A stretch of 64,000 nt of DNA from Tricharina praecox (Eukaryota), in NCBI RefSeq assembly GCF_024521635.1, contig NW_026250404.1, positions 1,550,001 to 1,614,000 on the forward strand. The letters are read 5' to 3'. The notes below the pieces were generated by a model, which made no database searches, was not told the DNA's origin, and saw only the letters and a program-made list of their open reading frames with translations. Below, in pieces: positions 12,501 to 25,831 of the stretch; position 1 is the first letter of the stretch, and every line of letters begins with the position of its first letter. The translations under genes were made by a program, and so were the position numbers.

Positions 12501-14554
12501 TGTTCCCTTCCCTCCCTCCCGGAGCCCCGCCACCACCCCAACCCCATTGCGGCACAAGACAGAGATCGAAAGATCGATATGAGTAGTTATACAGCTGAAA
12601 CGGGAAGGGGCGTCCTTAGTTGGGTAGACCGTAGTTGATCACAGCACACGGACCCTTTCCTGCTGCAGCTTCGTCCTCCTCCTATGATTTGATACATGCC
12701 TCCAGCTGCTCAGCTCGTGAAACGCCCAAAAATAAATATTTGAGGATGGGTGCTCTACATGATCTGCCAGACACAGGCCGCACAGCAGCACCCAGCACCC
12801 AGCGCCTCCAGAGCTCACTTCCCAGAGCGGTGGTGTTGATCCGGGGAGTAGATGTGATGTAGCAGAGATACTCGAGCGCGCGTGCGTGCGTATGTATGTA
12901 GGTACTCTAGAGTACGGTAGGTACAATACTCATTATACGTATCTCCACGTACGTACGTCGGTGGGTACTTTGATAGTTATCTCCAACCCACGCCGAACAG
13001 GGGTATCTAACTATATCTTACAGCAACACAGCAACAGATCCGAACCCCACAAGGTCCACCTGCATCAATCATCAATTCATCCTGCGTTTCTCTAGTGCGC
13101 TCAGTGCCCACGGACGCCGCCGCCGCCAAGTTACTTACACGCCGGTGGGCAGGTGGGCAGTTGGGCAGTTAGGCAGTTAGGCAGGCAGGCAGGTGGTGCT
13201 CGATGGAAATGAGATAGTTACCGGTAGGTAGAGTACTCTATTCTACTCTACTCTACTCTACTCACAGTCCACTCCACCACCACTCCGCCTTCACTCCGCC
13301 TCGCTCTGGGGTCTCGGGGGACGGAAGAATCCGCAATCATCCGATCCCGCAGTCCCCAAACACTCCTCATGGGGGGCAAGCAAGGGCGTGGGCATTGACC
13401 CCGCGCGCCGCACCGACTACTCTAGCTACCCGTACCTAGAGTAGGCAGGCAGGCCATCGAACGGTTTTCTCCACCACATCACATCGTTCCACATCACATC
13501 ACATCACATTACATCCGAACATCACATCACATCACATCGCTCGTTCGCTCGCTGTCACATCACATATCCCATGACCCCACGGCGAGTGCCATCTGATTAA
13601 TCGGAATTCGGCGATAACACTACGGTAGGTATGGAAGTGGAAGGAAGTGGAAGGTTCCGGTCAGTTCGATCGGATTGGGCTTTGGCTTGGGCGAGGGGAC
13701 GCCCCGCTATTATTTCTGCTGGGGGTCGGCGGCAAATACCTTGAACTGTGAGGAGCGAGAGAGAGGCGAGAAACATTCGAGACGCTGGCGAGATAGACAT
13801 ATCCACCCAGAATACCGGTAAGTACGAGTCCCCTCGAATACGGCCCGCGCACTCTCTTTCGCGTCACTCTCACTCTCACTCTCTCTCACTCACTCGCTCT
13901 CTCTCTCTCTCTCGGCGCGTGGGGGAAGGAAAAGCGAGACGCTTTGATTGCCCATACATATACCCGCGGACGTGCAGCTGCCGCACAACCTAGTCCCCAT
14001 GCGCAATCACTCGCCTGCCCCTGCCCTTCGCACCCCCCCTCCCTTTTTGCCTGCCCCTGGCGGCAGGGCGGTAAAAAGGGTCCGTGCAGGCGGCAAAGGC
14101 AAAGGCAAAGCCCTGCACACTCTGCACTCTGAACTTTGAAGTGCGCCAAATATTGGGGTTCGTTCGGAAAAGCTGCCGGGGGGTCTGGGGCCTCTCGCTT
14201 AAAATAGAGTACCTTCCACTCTATCTATCTATGCTAGGTATGCCATATGCTATGTATCATGCCTCGCAAACTCACTGAGAACTTCACCGACAAGTTACAA
14301 CTGCCGTTGAGACTTGAAGGTGTCACGGACTCGCGGTTGATATCACTCACTACTCGGTACAATACATACCATGAGTAGTAGTGACTGACTGGCCCGCTCA
14401 GCTCCTGAGTCCTGTGGCGGTGGCAATTCAGGCGGGCCATGCTGCCATGCTGGCTCGCTACCTTATACCCACCTAGTAATCTTGACATTTGTGACTGGAG
14501 AGCTGGCTCCCTCTCGAATGTGATTCCTCGCCCTGTTGGGATGTACTCCAGGTA

Positions 14555-14636
14555 CTCGGGTGTAAGGGTAAGTGGTGCACCCCATTAAGCACCATTTGGT
14601 AGTGGTGGTGGTGCACGACTTTTCCTCACACTGGAG
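14555..14636. mobile_element. 82-bp TA-flanked foldback element (MITE-like, Tc1/mariner-type ends)
   Basis: Left end TA|CTCGGGTGTAAGGGTAAGTGGTGCACC; reverse complement of the right end TA|CTCCAGTGTGAGGAAAAGTCGTGCACC. The left end is shared with the element at 22710. Confidence 0.7.
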
Positions 14637-14660
14637 TACATACTGGTACATAAGTTATGA

Positions 14661-14704
14661 CCCCCCCCCTCCCCCCTCCCCCCTCCCCCCTCCCCCCTCT
14701 CCCC
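14661..14704. repeat. (CCCCCCT)n-like tract; G-quadruplex-capable on the minus strand
   Basis: Consecutive runs of 4-9 C separated by short T-containing spacers. Confidence 0.8.
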
Positions 14705-16701
14705 TGGTCCAGTGATTTTTACGTAGTACCTATGAGCGACCCAAGGATGGCGAGGGAAGACTCGAGGGGAGGGGGAGTTCGTCCAGCCGCTAACTACGGT
14801 AGAGTACGCGGCTAAATTTCCCAAAACGCCAGCATGCTCGAACGCAAGCATGCTCGAACCGGGGGCCAATCAGCCGTGCGTAACAGTTCCCGTTCTCGGT
14901 CACCCCACGGGCCACGAGCAACTACTATCAACGAGTCCCCCCCTAGTGGCCCGTTGACGTTGTGGATGCGGAGGGATCGGCTACCTACTCTTCCTAGTGG
15001 GGTTTTACCTACCCACCTACCCACCTACTCTATCTACGGTGGTATCTATCTATCTGTCTATCTAGAGGATCTTGCGCCCGCCCGCCATGCAGACTCCGTG
15101 TGCAGACTCCGTGGTCCGTAGTCCGTGGATCTTGTGATCACATACATACATACATCCATCCATCCATCCTATGTACAGTACGGGATGCATCTTTTGGGTG
15201 GGCGGATGTACGAATGCGAGGGAGCTGTGTCACGATACGATACGATACGGTTCGGGCATTCCGCTTCTTCGTTCCCCCTGGTTGAACAACGGCGACGAAT
15301 GTACGACGGCCGCGACGACAACGACGATGGCCGTGACGATCGATACGGTTGCGGGGTGCCGAACTCCCGAATACACCTACACCTACATACCGGACCACGT
15401 CCTGTGTGTATGTCTGTCTGTCTGTCTGCCGGTTTGTAGGTTTGAATGATGTGCCCCTGTGGGGAATGCGGGGATGGGATGGGAGCAAAAGTTAGTTCCG
15501 GACCGTGTCGTTGTCGTCCAGTGTATTGTACAATACTCTACTATTATTGTAGGCCGGCCGGAGCTGGTCGTAGAACCACCAGGTATACTATGTATTACAT
15601 TATACATACGGACAAGTCACACGATTTGACGTCGACGAACGACGTCGACGACGTCGGGAGTGTTTGCGCAGCGCAGCGTGGAGTAACTGCTATAGAGTAA
15701 CTAGAGTATCCAAGCAAGGAAAAACAAAACAAGACAAGACAAGACAAGACAAAACCACTCGGCGGGGCAGTGGGCACTGCGCTGCCGGCCGGCTTGCTTG
15801 GAGACGCGTCAGTGCAGTGGGCATCCATCCATCCATCAGGCGGTGCGCTGTTTCCTACCCCCTCCCCCTCTGGGAAGTATGCATCTCGAGCGAGCGGGGA
15901 GTGGGGGAGGGGGAAGGGGAAGGGGAGCTCATGGCGGAGAAGGATGGCGGGCACCGGACTGGCTGGCTGGCTGGCTGGCTGGCTCGCTGGCTGGCTCGCT
16001 GGTCTCTTGTTTTTTTTCTCCTTCCTTTCCTTTTTGGTTTTGTTTTTTCCTTCATTCTTCCCTTCCCTAGCCGTCACTGTCACTGTCACTTGTTTGCAGC
16101 AGCAGCGGGCCCTTTCCGGGCGAGCGTGTGGTAATGGCAGTAACCGCCATGAAACCTTGAAAAATATTCCCTCTCCTCTCTGACGCCGACTCTGCCTGTA
16201 CCTCTGCCTCTGCCTGTGCGGCGGCGGAGGACCCGGGGATGCATGTACGGCATTACTTACTTCTCGCTGTGTGTGGTAAACGGCGCCGTGGGCGAGATAG
16301 ATACGGTGCAGTGGGTATAGTTCGATACCCCACGTCCTCGCCGTCTCCGATCTCTGTCGCCCTCTGTGTTTTCTATTTGCAGATCCTAAGTTACTCTACA
16401 TACATGCGGCCGTCTGGGGACGCTGGCCTGCTGGAGGCTGCATGAGAAGAGGTCATTGATTCATGTTTTTCTTTCCTTTCTTTCCTTTTGTTTCCTTTCT
16501 CTTCAGACTCGGCGCGGGGCGGGGCGCGGCGCGGCGGCGATACTTCTCGCTCTCTCTCGCTCGTTCACACTCGTTCGCGGCCACTAGGTAGAACAGTGCC
16601 GTAGGCAGCCGGGTGTTGTCCGTCCGGAGGTAGGCAGAGTGTGTAGCGACTCGCGAGTGGTAAGCCGGTATGTAGGTAGCAGGGAAGAAGTCAGAAGAAG
16701 G

Positions 16702-16719
16702 AAAGAAAGAAAGAAAGAA

Positions 16720-16768
<49 letters not shown>

Positions 16769-16787
16769 AAAGAAAGAAAGAAAGAAA
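16702..16787. repeat. (GAAA)n purine microsatellite
   Basis: Read directly. Confidence 0.95.
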
Positions 16788-17823
16788 GCACGGTGCGAAG
16801 CGACGAAAGCAAGGGCCAACATCAATTCCAATTCCTCACATCCTCAATTCCTCACATCCTCAATTCCTCACATCCGCACCGTCGTCGTCGGCGCCGGACC
16901 GATTACCGAGCTGAAAAAGAGCACTCCCGCACGCACGGCGTAAAGTCCAATCAGCAGCCGTGTTTGGGCATGTTTCGTAACTTTCGTTGTGCGAAACTAC
17001 TACTCTGGTTAGTTAGTTGGTGCTCTAGCGAGAGGCAAGAGGCAAGACGCGAGGACGCGAGGAGGCGAGACGAACGGTGGGTCTGTGCGGTGCGGCGGTG
17101 GGGCGCGGCTGAGAACCAGGAGCTCCCCTCTGAACTTTGAAGGGCAGTAGAGTATGGTACAAGGTAGAAGCTGGCACGCGCGGCGGGGGGACGTCGGTCG
17201 CGTCGGTCGGTCACGTAGCACCCACCATCCAGCCCTCGGCGGCGGCGGAGGGATATCGCTCAAACTCTCTTTCCCTCTTGGACGTTTGGATCTTGTCCTC
17301 CTCCTCTTCCCCTCCTCCTTTCTGTAAGGTACCAAGTACTCTGGCAAAGTTACTTTTCACTTTACTTCACTTTACTTTAGAGCTCTCCTACCGGCATGGC
17401 GTGGCGTGGCATGACATAACTACCAATTAGTAGTAACTAGCATGGCATGGCATGCCATGGCTGCCCTTCCCTGTGTCACATCGACACTGCACTCATCCCA
17501 CATCCCACATCCCCACGTCCGTCGGACCCTTGCTCTCCTCCCCCTCTCGCACTTGCACTCCCACTCCCACTCACACTTCGCTCGTAAATTCGTAAACGCA
17601 CAACACATCCGCTAGCTACAGTAGCTAGCGACGACCCTGACCCAAGCAGGGTGGGGCTGTCTCGAGATGGCTGGATGGATGGATGGAGCAGAGTCCATAC
17701 TTGCCTCTCACTACAGTTATGTACCACTCTGGGCACCACTCTACCCTCTACCACTCTACCACTCTACTCTACTCTAGGTAGTAACGCACTCACTCACTCC
17801 CACACGCACGTCCACGTCTCTGT

Positions 17824-17883
17824 TTGCTTTGGTGCTTGCTTTGGTGCTTGCTTTGGTGCTTGCTTTGGTGCTTGCTTTGGTGC
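17824..17883. repeat. (TTGCTTTGGTGC)5 minisatellite
   Basis: Five 12-bp units. Confidence 0.95.
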
Positions 17884-18445
17884 TTGCCTGCTTGCTGCCT
17901 GATTATTTCACTCTACCGACGCCCCAGCTCGTGTCGCCACCTCCCACTGATAAAAGGCCTAATGTGCGTCCATGGATGGTCGCGTTTGAAATGTGCGGAT
18001 GCGGGAGTGGCCGACTCGGGGAGGAAGATGAAGAGCGACGTGACGGCGAGCGAGGGACGTGACGGAGCGAGCGAGGGAGTGACCAAGTGAAGTGAGCAAG
18101 TGGATGGAGAGACCGAGACCGACACTACTCTACTAACCTATACAGAGACGAGAGGGGAGAGTTGTTAGAAACGAATGAACATCCCTACCTCTTTCCCGGC
18201 CCCTACTCTACTCTACTCTACTCTATGATACGCTTCTACGCTGGATGCATAACTACCGTAGAATTAACTACACCCCACCGCGAAGGCGGAGAGCGAGCGA
18301 GGGACAGAGGGAGCAAGATCTTGGAGCCACCGTTTCGGCTACGACTCTTGGCAGAGCTACCGCAGCGGTAACTTGTGTGTAAGTGGCCGAGCAGGCTGGC
18401 TGGGGGGGGGTTGCGTACTCGCTCGTTCTGTTCTGTTCTGTTGGA

Positions 18446-18446
<1 letters not shown>

Positions 18447-18491
<45 letters not shown>
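18447..18491. repeat. (CA)n microsatellite
   Basis: Read directly. Confidence 0.97.
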
Positions 18492-18497
<6 letters not shown>

Positions 18498-21430
18498 CAC
18501 ACACTTGCACCCCCACAGAAGGCGAATTTATCTATTTTCTTCAGGTCAGGTCACGGCCCACTCGCTACTCTACCCACTCTACCTATGTACTCTAGATACC
18601 TACTCTGCCTACTCCACTTCCTTGGACGTGGATCCGTGGTTTCGAATTATCCCGCAAGCATTCGGTTGGAACCTGTGCTCTCCTGTGCCTGTGCGTGTGG
18701 TTGGATACGGAGAGCCCCCAGAGAGATAGGTAGTTATCGAAGTTATCTATCGGACTCCTCGTTGTGGTAGGTATCTGTAGTGTGTGTGCGCGCGAGGAAT
18801 CCGAGGATGTGTGTGTGTGTCTGCTGAGTGGATGGATGGACGCATACTCGCATGCTCGCCCGCCGGCCGACTGGGCGTCCGTGGCAGAACATCTCCATTG
18901 AACGAAAAGTGCATCTGTATGTAGAGTAGATTGCGGCAGTATGTGGGTATGTAGCAGTGAACTGCCTACCCAACTGCCCAACTAGCTGCCGGGATGCTGT
19001 GGATGCTATGGATGCCATGGATGTGCATGGGAATGGGAATTCCGCGTCTGAGGAAGTATGCTAGGTAGGCAGATATGTACCGTATCGCTCTCCAAGTGGC
19101 AGGAGAAGTGTGTGCGTATCTATGGTAAGTAACTCTCCTGACGGACGGACGCGGAGGCGGTCGACGACGGGGAGATGTGTGTGTGTATGGGTGGGTGTGG
19201 GGATATTCTGATGGACGACGAGGTGGTCGACGACGAGGTGGATGATGAGGACGAGGACGAGGAGCAGTACCTGCCCTCTACATCATGTTGGAGTTGGCCT
19301 TACATCCGAGTCGCGATACCGATGCCGGTTCGGCAGCTGGCGGACTGGCTGGCTGGCTGGCAGGCAGTCCGTGCTCGAACCAACAACTGCAACAACATCA
19401 ACAGCAACATCAACAGGAACAACCACAATCACAACAGCAGCGGCGACAACGTCAGCAATTGCACTTTTCGTAACTTGAGCTCTTTGGCTAACTAGTACCA
19501 GCTCCTACATAGTACTAGCATCTACTAGTACTAAATAGCAGAGAAGCTTGAACGGCGCAATAAGCCAGCGCTAACCACTCTAACTACCGGAGGAGAGTCC
19601 AGTCAACTTCGCACGACCGCAGTCTCGTCCTTCTCGCGCATCGGCCCATATGATTTCGCCACTCCCCCCAGACTTCTCCCAGGGCCAAACCTCATCTCGG
19701 CCCGCACTTAGTTGCTAGCAACTAGAAGCTCCTTTTTGGTCGCTACTCCGTGATAGGTAAGAAGCAGTCGAGAGAGCTGTCCAAGTGGCGTACTAACTAG
19801 TAGAGCTCCCCTCTAGCTCACTTGCTTGCTTGCTCGAAGTGGCGGCGCAGAAGTTCACAAAGAAAAAACAACATCTACTCTACAAAACAAAAGAAACCGA
19901 AACCTTCAAGCAAGCAAGCAAGTCAGTCAGTCAGTCAGTCACTTACCCACCTTTTTCCTTCTTTTCTTCTTTCCAAATGACAAATATAAAAACACCATAG
20001 AGTAGAGTACTTGGCGCCACCCTCCCCCCACCCCTCTGAGAGGGCCGCGGTCGTGGTGCATAAGTGCATACTACCTATACCTACGGTGGCGCAAATTCGT
20101 GTTTCTTCACCCTTCACCTGACATTTCATCCGTGCATATTTGTTTCTTCTTCTTCTTCTTCTTCACATCCGTGGGGTTTTTGCCATCCGTTAAACCTAGG
20201 TAGAATTCAGACTCGCTCGCCAGGTCGGTCGGTCGATCGGCGTGCCATGGACCGTGCGAGCGAGCGAGCTGGATGCCCAGATTTAATATCCTCTACACAC
20301 GGTAGATACGGTACCTATCCAGGTGTGTTTTTTCCTGGCCTGGCCCTGCAGAGAACATGTGGCCTGGACTGCTGAGATATGCGCGCCCGCCCGCCTGCGG
20401 CAACTTGCTACCTACCGAGTCATCCGGCCGGCCGGGCTCTCCAGCTATCCGCGAACTTCTCCTGGATGTTGCAGGCGCCCCGCGGGGATGGAGTGGATGG
20501 CGATTTGGGCTCGAGCTCGTGCGAGTGCATGCTCCTGAATAGGTGTACATAGATGGATACATGCGTACGTAGGTAGGTAGCATACGTACATCGGGGTACA
20601 TACCGGCTGGTCACGACTCACTGGTGAACCTGGGGGTTTTCAGGTCCGGATCTTAAGCTTTGAGCACTACCTACGGGCTACCCAAAGGTGGTTGTGGTTG
20701 TGGTGGTGCTAGGTAAGTGGAGTACGAAGGTACCCATCCCTCGCACTCGCCTACGACCACAACCGACCCCATGCATGCGTGCGTACCCCATATCACGGAG
20801 CGGCGGCGGCGTGGTGGGTCGGTCGGTCTGTCGGCCAAAGGCGAGGCAATCATTCGCATACTTTGGCGAGCTCCAGGACTCCATGTACTCCAGTACCTAG
20901 TGTACTCTACTCTACGTAGATGGGTAGATTTATTTTTTCGTGAGGCGTGGACGACTGATGAATTTTTCTTCTTCCTTTCGGGAGGGGAGGGAGGGAGCGA
21001 GGGAGCGAGGAATGGAAGGAACAGAACAGTGGTAAACCGTAAAGGTTGTGTGGTATCGGTATTGCGGTACCTCGAACACACACACCCACACACAGCACAC
21101 ACACATCCACACATCCACACATGAATATCCCCTCTCCCCCCCCGCTCGCCGGGCATATTGTTTTTTTTCCTATTTTTTCTTTTCTTTCTTTTCTTTTCTC
21201 CCTCCCTCCCTCGAGAGAGATCATCCGGGGTCCCGCGTTTTCGACGCTCGGTTTGGTCTGGTTGGTCTGGTTGGCTGGCCTTGGCTGGAGCTCCTGGAGG
21301 TGCAGAGGTGGAGCGGCCTGTACTCTACCCTACTCTATGTAGGATTGGATTGGATTGGAGAGGGGAGGTGGATGTGAGCAGCAGGCGAGAGCCGTTGAAC
21401 CAGGGGTTTGGTGTAGGTGGCCGTGTGCTT

Positions 21431-21488
21431 TTTGCTTTGCTTTGCTTTGCTTTGCTTTGCTTTGCTTTGCTTTGCTTTGCTTTGCTTT
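21431..21488. repeat. (TTTGC)n microsatellite
   Basis: Read directly. Confidence 0.95.
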
Positions 21489-22709
21489 GGGTGGGGAGGG
21501 TGGAGGGGGGGGAGGGAACGCAGGGACCAAGATTTGCGCAACCAGCAACGCAGCAGCAGCAGCAGCAGGAGCATCAAAACCCGAAATAAATAAAATTTCT
21601 TGCATTTGCTTTTGGACTGCAGACTGGAGAATCGAGATGCATACTCTACTCTACATACATACTCTGCACGAAGCAAGGTGCAGGTGGGGGTGGAGGTGGA
21701 AGTGGTGGTGGAGGTGGAGGTGGACTTGGCCGTGGAGGTGGAGGTGGTGGAGGTATTCGTGGTCGTGGCACAAAGCGGCAAAGCCAAAGGAGGAGGAGGA
21801 GCGGTCATGTCCGCGGCGGCCTGACCTGGCATGGCCATGGCATGGCACATCTGGGGCGGCTTGCAGTATGCCAGTGAGTGCTTTGTCCGGTGGTAAACAG
21901 GCGGGGGGCGGAGGGCGGGGGGGACAGCGAACGTCGGGAATTGCTATGGATGGGTTGGAAATCCGCCGGACCAGATGGACGTGGAGGAGGAAGATGAAGA
22001 TGAGGCGGTGGGGGAGGAGGAGGACCTCGAACTCGGGTGTCACGTCACGTAGGTAAAGTAACCATCGTCTATACCTGCAGTTGGAAATTTGGAATGCGTT
22101 GGTAGGTACTCTAGGTAAGTGGATTGGGAGGACGAGATGTTACGCGATCTAGAACCACCCCCTCCCCAGATGCGAAGGGATCTGGGGGTCTGTACATCCA
22201 TACGGCCAGATGCTGCAGATGTTGCATGCCATGGTTAGGCGAGTTAAACCGGATGGAAGCTCTCCATCCGTAGAGTGTAACTCACTCTATTGCATGTCGT
22301 TGTCGTTGTTGGGGATACATATGGTACTACTTTACGGGCAGGCGGACAGGCAGACAAGACGGACGTTGTATTGCATGCGTGAAATATGCTGCTGCTGTTC
22401 TCCAGATATTAGCCTCTGGGGTGCTTTCGAGATACCCAAGCAGATACATATGTGGGTACTTGGTTACGTGCGTTAACGTTCACTCCCTGCGAGATGTATT
22501 TCCAATGCTCTCATGTATGTAGGTACATGAGTATAGTACTCATGTACCGTGATGTATGTCCCCAGGTGTCTCACATGACGGGCCATGGCTTGCTATGTAG
22601 CCCATCGCACAGGGCGGGGAAGAGGGAGGAGAAGATGGAGAAGAAGAAGTAGATCTTTTGCAGATGTGTAGGGAAGTTACCGTACCTGATGTATGTACTT
22701 GGGTATGTA

Positions 22710-22870
22710 CTCGGGTGTAAGGGTAAGTGCTGCCTCACCAGTTTTTCCCCCATGCAGCTTAGTCACAACCACTCACTCATTTCATTGTATCTGGCTTAGT
22801 GTGCTTCTGATATAGACTAGTTCTTGTAATTCGCAATGGTGGTGAGGCACCACTTATTGGCAGCTCCTGG
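22710..22870. mobile_element. 161-bp TA-flanked MITE-like element, same family as 14555-14636
   Basis: TA|CTCGGGTGTAAGGGTAAGTGCTGCCTCACCA ... TGGTGAGGCACCACTTATTGGCAGCTCCTGG|TA. The inner 17 bp of the inverted repeat match 16/17 and lie at equal distance from both TA ends. Confidence 0.7.
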
Positions 22871-25756
22871 TACATGCAAGTACAAGGCTAGGTACATTGC
22901 GTACATACGTTGGGCGATTAGATAGTCCACCTACTTCTTACTTACTCCCTACATACGACATCGACGTCTTCAGAGAACTCCCATGTCAGCCGGCTCCGCT
23001 GATACAGTTCCAACACACCTCGTGGCCGTGGCCGTCTGCTCCTATCGCCTAAACGCTTCTCTCCCACCCACTTCTCGACTAGAGCTGATACTGTCTAGCA
23101 GGGACGTGCAGAGTATGGGTCTCACTCACTTCCATCCAAGCACCCACGACTTCTGCCAGATGATTGGGTGTTGGTGCGATGTGATTTCGAGCCTCGTTAA
23201 CGTTCCCTTCAGGCACCCACCGCCACGGCACGGGACAGGGTAGGCGATAGTACTCCAGAGTACTGCCTGCGACCTCGAGAGATGAGGGAGGGACTTGAGA
23301 ATTCGTGGGCACAGACACACTGGCTGGCTGTCTAACTGCATGACGCCGCCGCCGTCGCCGTCCACGGTGGGAAGGAGTGACAGAGTGCCGATTGAAGTGC
23401 AGTTCTTCCATCGGAGGGGGGGGGGGGGGTGTCGACGGTGGCCACCTCGGGGCAGTTGCCGAAAACACGACCACCGTGACCATGAAACTTGCACTTTGCT
23501 CCCGGGTGCCTAGTGAGTGAGACTGTTGTTGCTATTGTTGTTGTTATTATGGCTGTTGTTGTTCCTGTTATTATTGCTGCTGCTGTTGTTGTCGTTCGAA
23601 CCGTGGGCCTTCACCGAGACATACACATTCGCTATCCAGGGTGCTCTACCTATCGCATGTGCGAGGCAGCAGAGACATACATACGGTACATGCAAGACCC
23701 ACTTCGGTGAAACATACTTGGGCTCCCTCGCTCGTTCGTGGTGTTCTCGCAACGAGTCGAGTGGTTCCGTCCGGTCTGCGTATACATGCGCCCCTTAGAG
23801 TACTCTATGCATACACAGGAGGTTGTCCTGGCCAGTCGAGAGGGGAAAGACACCTCTCAATTGATCCTGGACGCCACCGATGTGACGGGCCGCTCAGCCT
23901 CCCGGATGCTGGCTTGACCGCGGAAAGGCTGGATGGATGGATGGAATGATGGACATGGAATGATGGACATGCAATAATAACAACGACAATATCATCATCA
24001 TCATCATCATCACGGTTTAGCTTGCTCGTTTGAACAATCGTTTCTGCTCCTGGCCAGAGCCGACCGGCCCGCAGGTTGAGACGGGACGAGACATCGAAGC
24101 TCTTTTCCGGACCGCTGGTAGTTGGAGCTCGAGTCGTGCGGGTGGAGTGAAGTTTCACGGACCGTTCGTCTTTCCTTTTGGTCGCGCGAACGAAGCTGTC
24201 CATAGAGTAGTGCTATTATATAGTGGATATACTATGGCTAACCCAGCAAGCTTCCTCTTTCTCCAGAATATCCGTTGGTGCACTTAGCAGATATCTACCC
24301 GTGCCAGTGCGTGAGGAACCAGGGCCACAACAACGCCGAGAGTCACTCTCGAAAGTGTCTCGCCGTCCGCATAATCGTCGGAACTATAGTCATCGGCCCG
24401 GCCTCGAAACGGGTAGGGAATGTCCCGGACTCGGGGATTGTTGCCGGGCTGGACGTGCTCTCCGATGGCAGTATCGACAGTACATACAGTCGTGAATGGA
24501 TAGCAATCGAACGAAGCGGACATGGATTATCACAGTCGATCCCAGTGCTGAATCCAAAGGGCAGGAGAATACTTTGGCTATCAACTATGGCAGCTACTTA
24601 CATATCTACTCTACTGTGGAGCGGAGTGGCGCTCCAAAGTACCCGCCATGTGGCCGTGGCCATGGGGACATGATCCTCAGCCCCCCGTCCAGAATCCGCA
24701 CCGGGTACCCCATAGCTTGTCAAAGTACGGCCCCATAATAACTACCGTCCATCACCCATCACCCATCACCCATCACCCATCACCCATCGCCAACCGTCAA
24801 TCGTCCATCTCCCTCCAGAAGCACTCAGGTATCCACCAAGTACACCCCAACCGCCGTCCATCGCGCTGACCATCATCCCCCGACAGTCCGCGATCGCAAG
24901 GGTGGATTGACCCGTTCGGACGATCAACTCGGTACTCTGTGCTCGGGAATTAGCGCTGCTGCTATGTAGGTCTGTATGTACGAACACCCAACAACTCATT
25001 CGCCGCCGCCGTACCACATTCACTCTCGCTGTGCCTTAGTGGCACTCTGAACACTCATTCATCAACCCACATCACAAATCTGCAGCTGCTTTTGGTGTCT
25101 CTCACTCCACACACCACCTTCTCCGCCCGCCGCCGCCGCAACTCATCAACTCTACGCAACGGATTCGAACTCTACTCTTCGACTTCATCCCCCCATACTT
25201 CCTCCCCCAGTCAACAGCTTCCCCCCCTCCCACTCCCCCATCCCACCAGTTAAACCCGCACCCGCACCCACCCGCCGCACCTCCACCACCACCCACCTCC
25301 CTTCTATCGAATATCGCCGCTACTGCTATTACCACAACTCACAACGCCCCCCTCCCCCCAATAATCCTAGTCAACACCCACCGCATCTCTTTTACCACCA
25401 CCACCATCACCAGCAGCACCACCACCACCACCACCACCACCACCCCGAAAGATACTATATGGAAAGCTGTGTGTGTGTGGTGCCTGTGTGTGGGTGTTTT
25501 CGGCTCCAACCAAATCTCCGGTTTACTTCTCTCTTTCTCTTCCTCTCGAGCACTCTCTTGTTTGTTGAATGAGTAACAACATCCCACATCCATATCCGCA
25601 TCCGCATACGCTTCCATTTCCATAACAAGGCCCGGACTGCCCTGCCTCAAACCGCAATACTCCTACACACCACACCATCACTTTCCCACTTCCACCACTT
25701 TCCACACACACACTCACACACCCTGGAAAACATACAGCTACAGCTACCAGAAGCTG

Positions 25757-25759
<3 letters not shown>

Positions 25760-25810
<51 letters not shown>

Positions 25811-25831
25811 TTACTACTACTGCTGCTGCTG
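25760..25831. repeat. (CTA)n tract grading into (CTG)n
   Basis: Read directly; lies in the putative 5' leader of the transcription factor. Confidence 0.95.

Noticed and set aside
25161..25172. Minus-strand GTTCGAATCC (tRNA T-loop / B-box)
   Set aside because: The flanks do not form a T-stem or cloverleaf, so it is not a tRNA.
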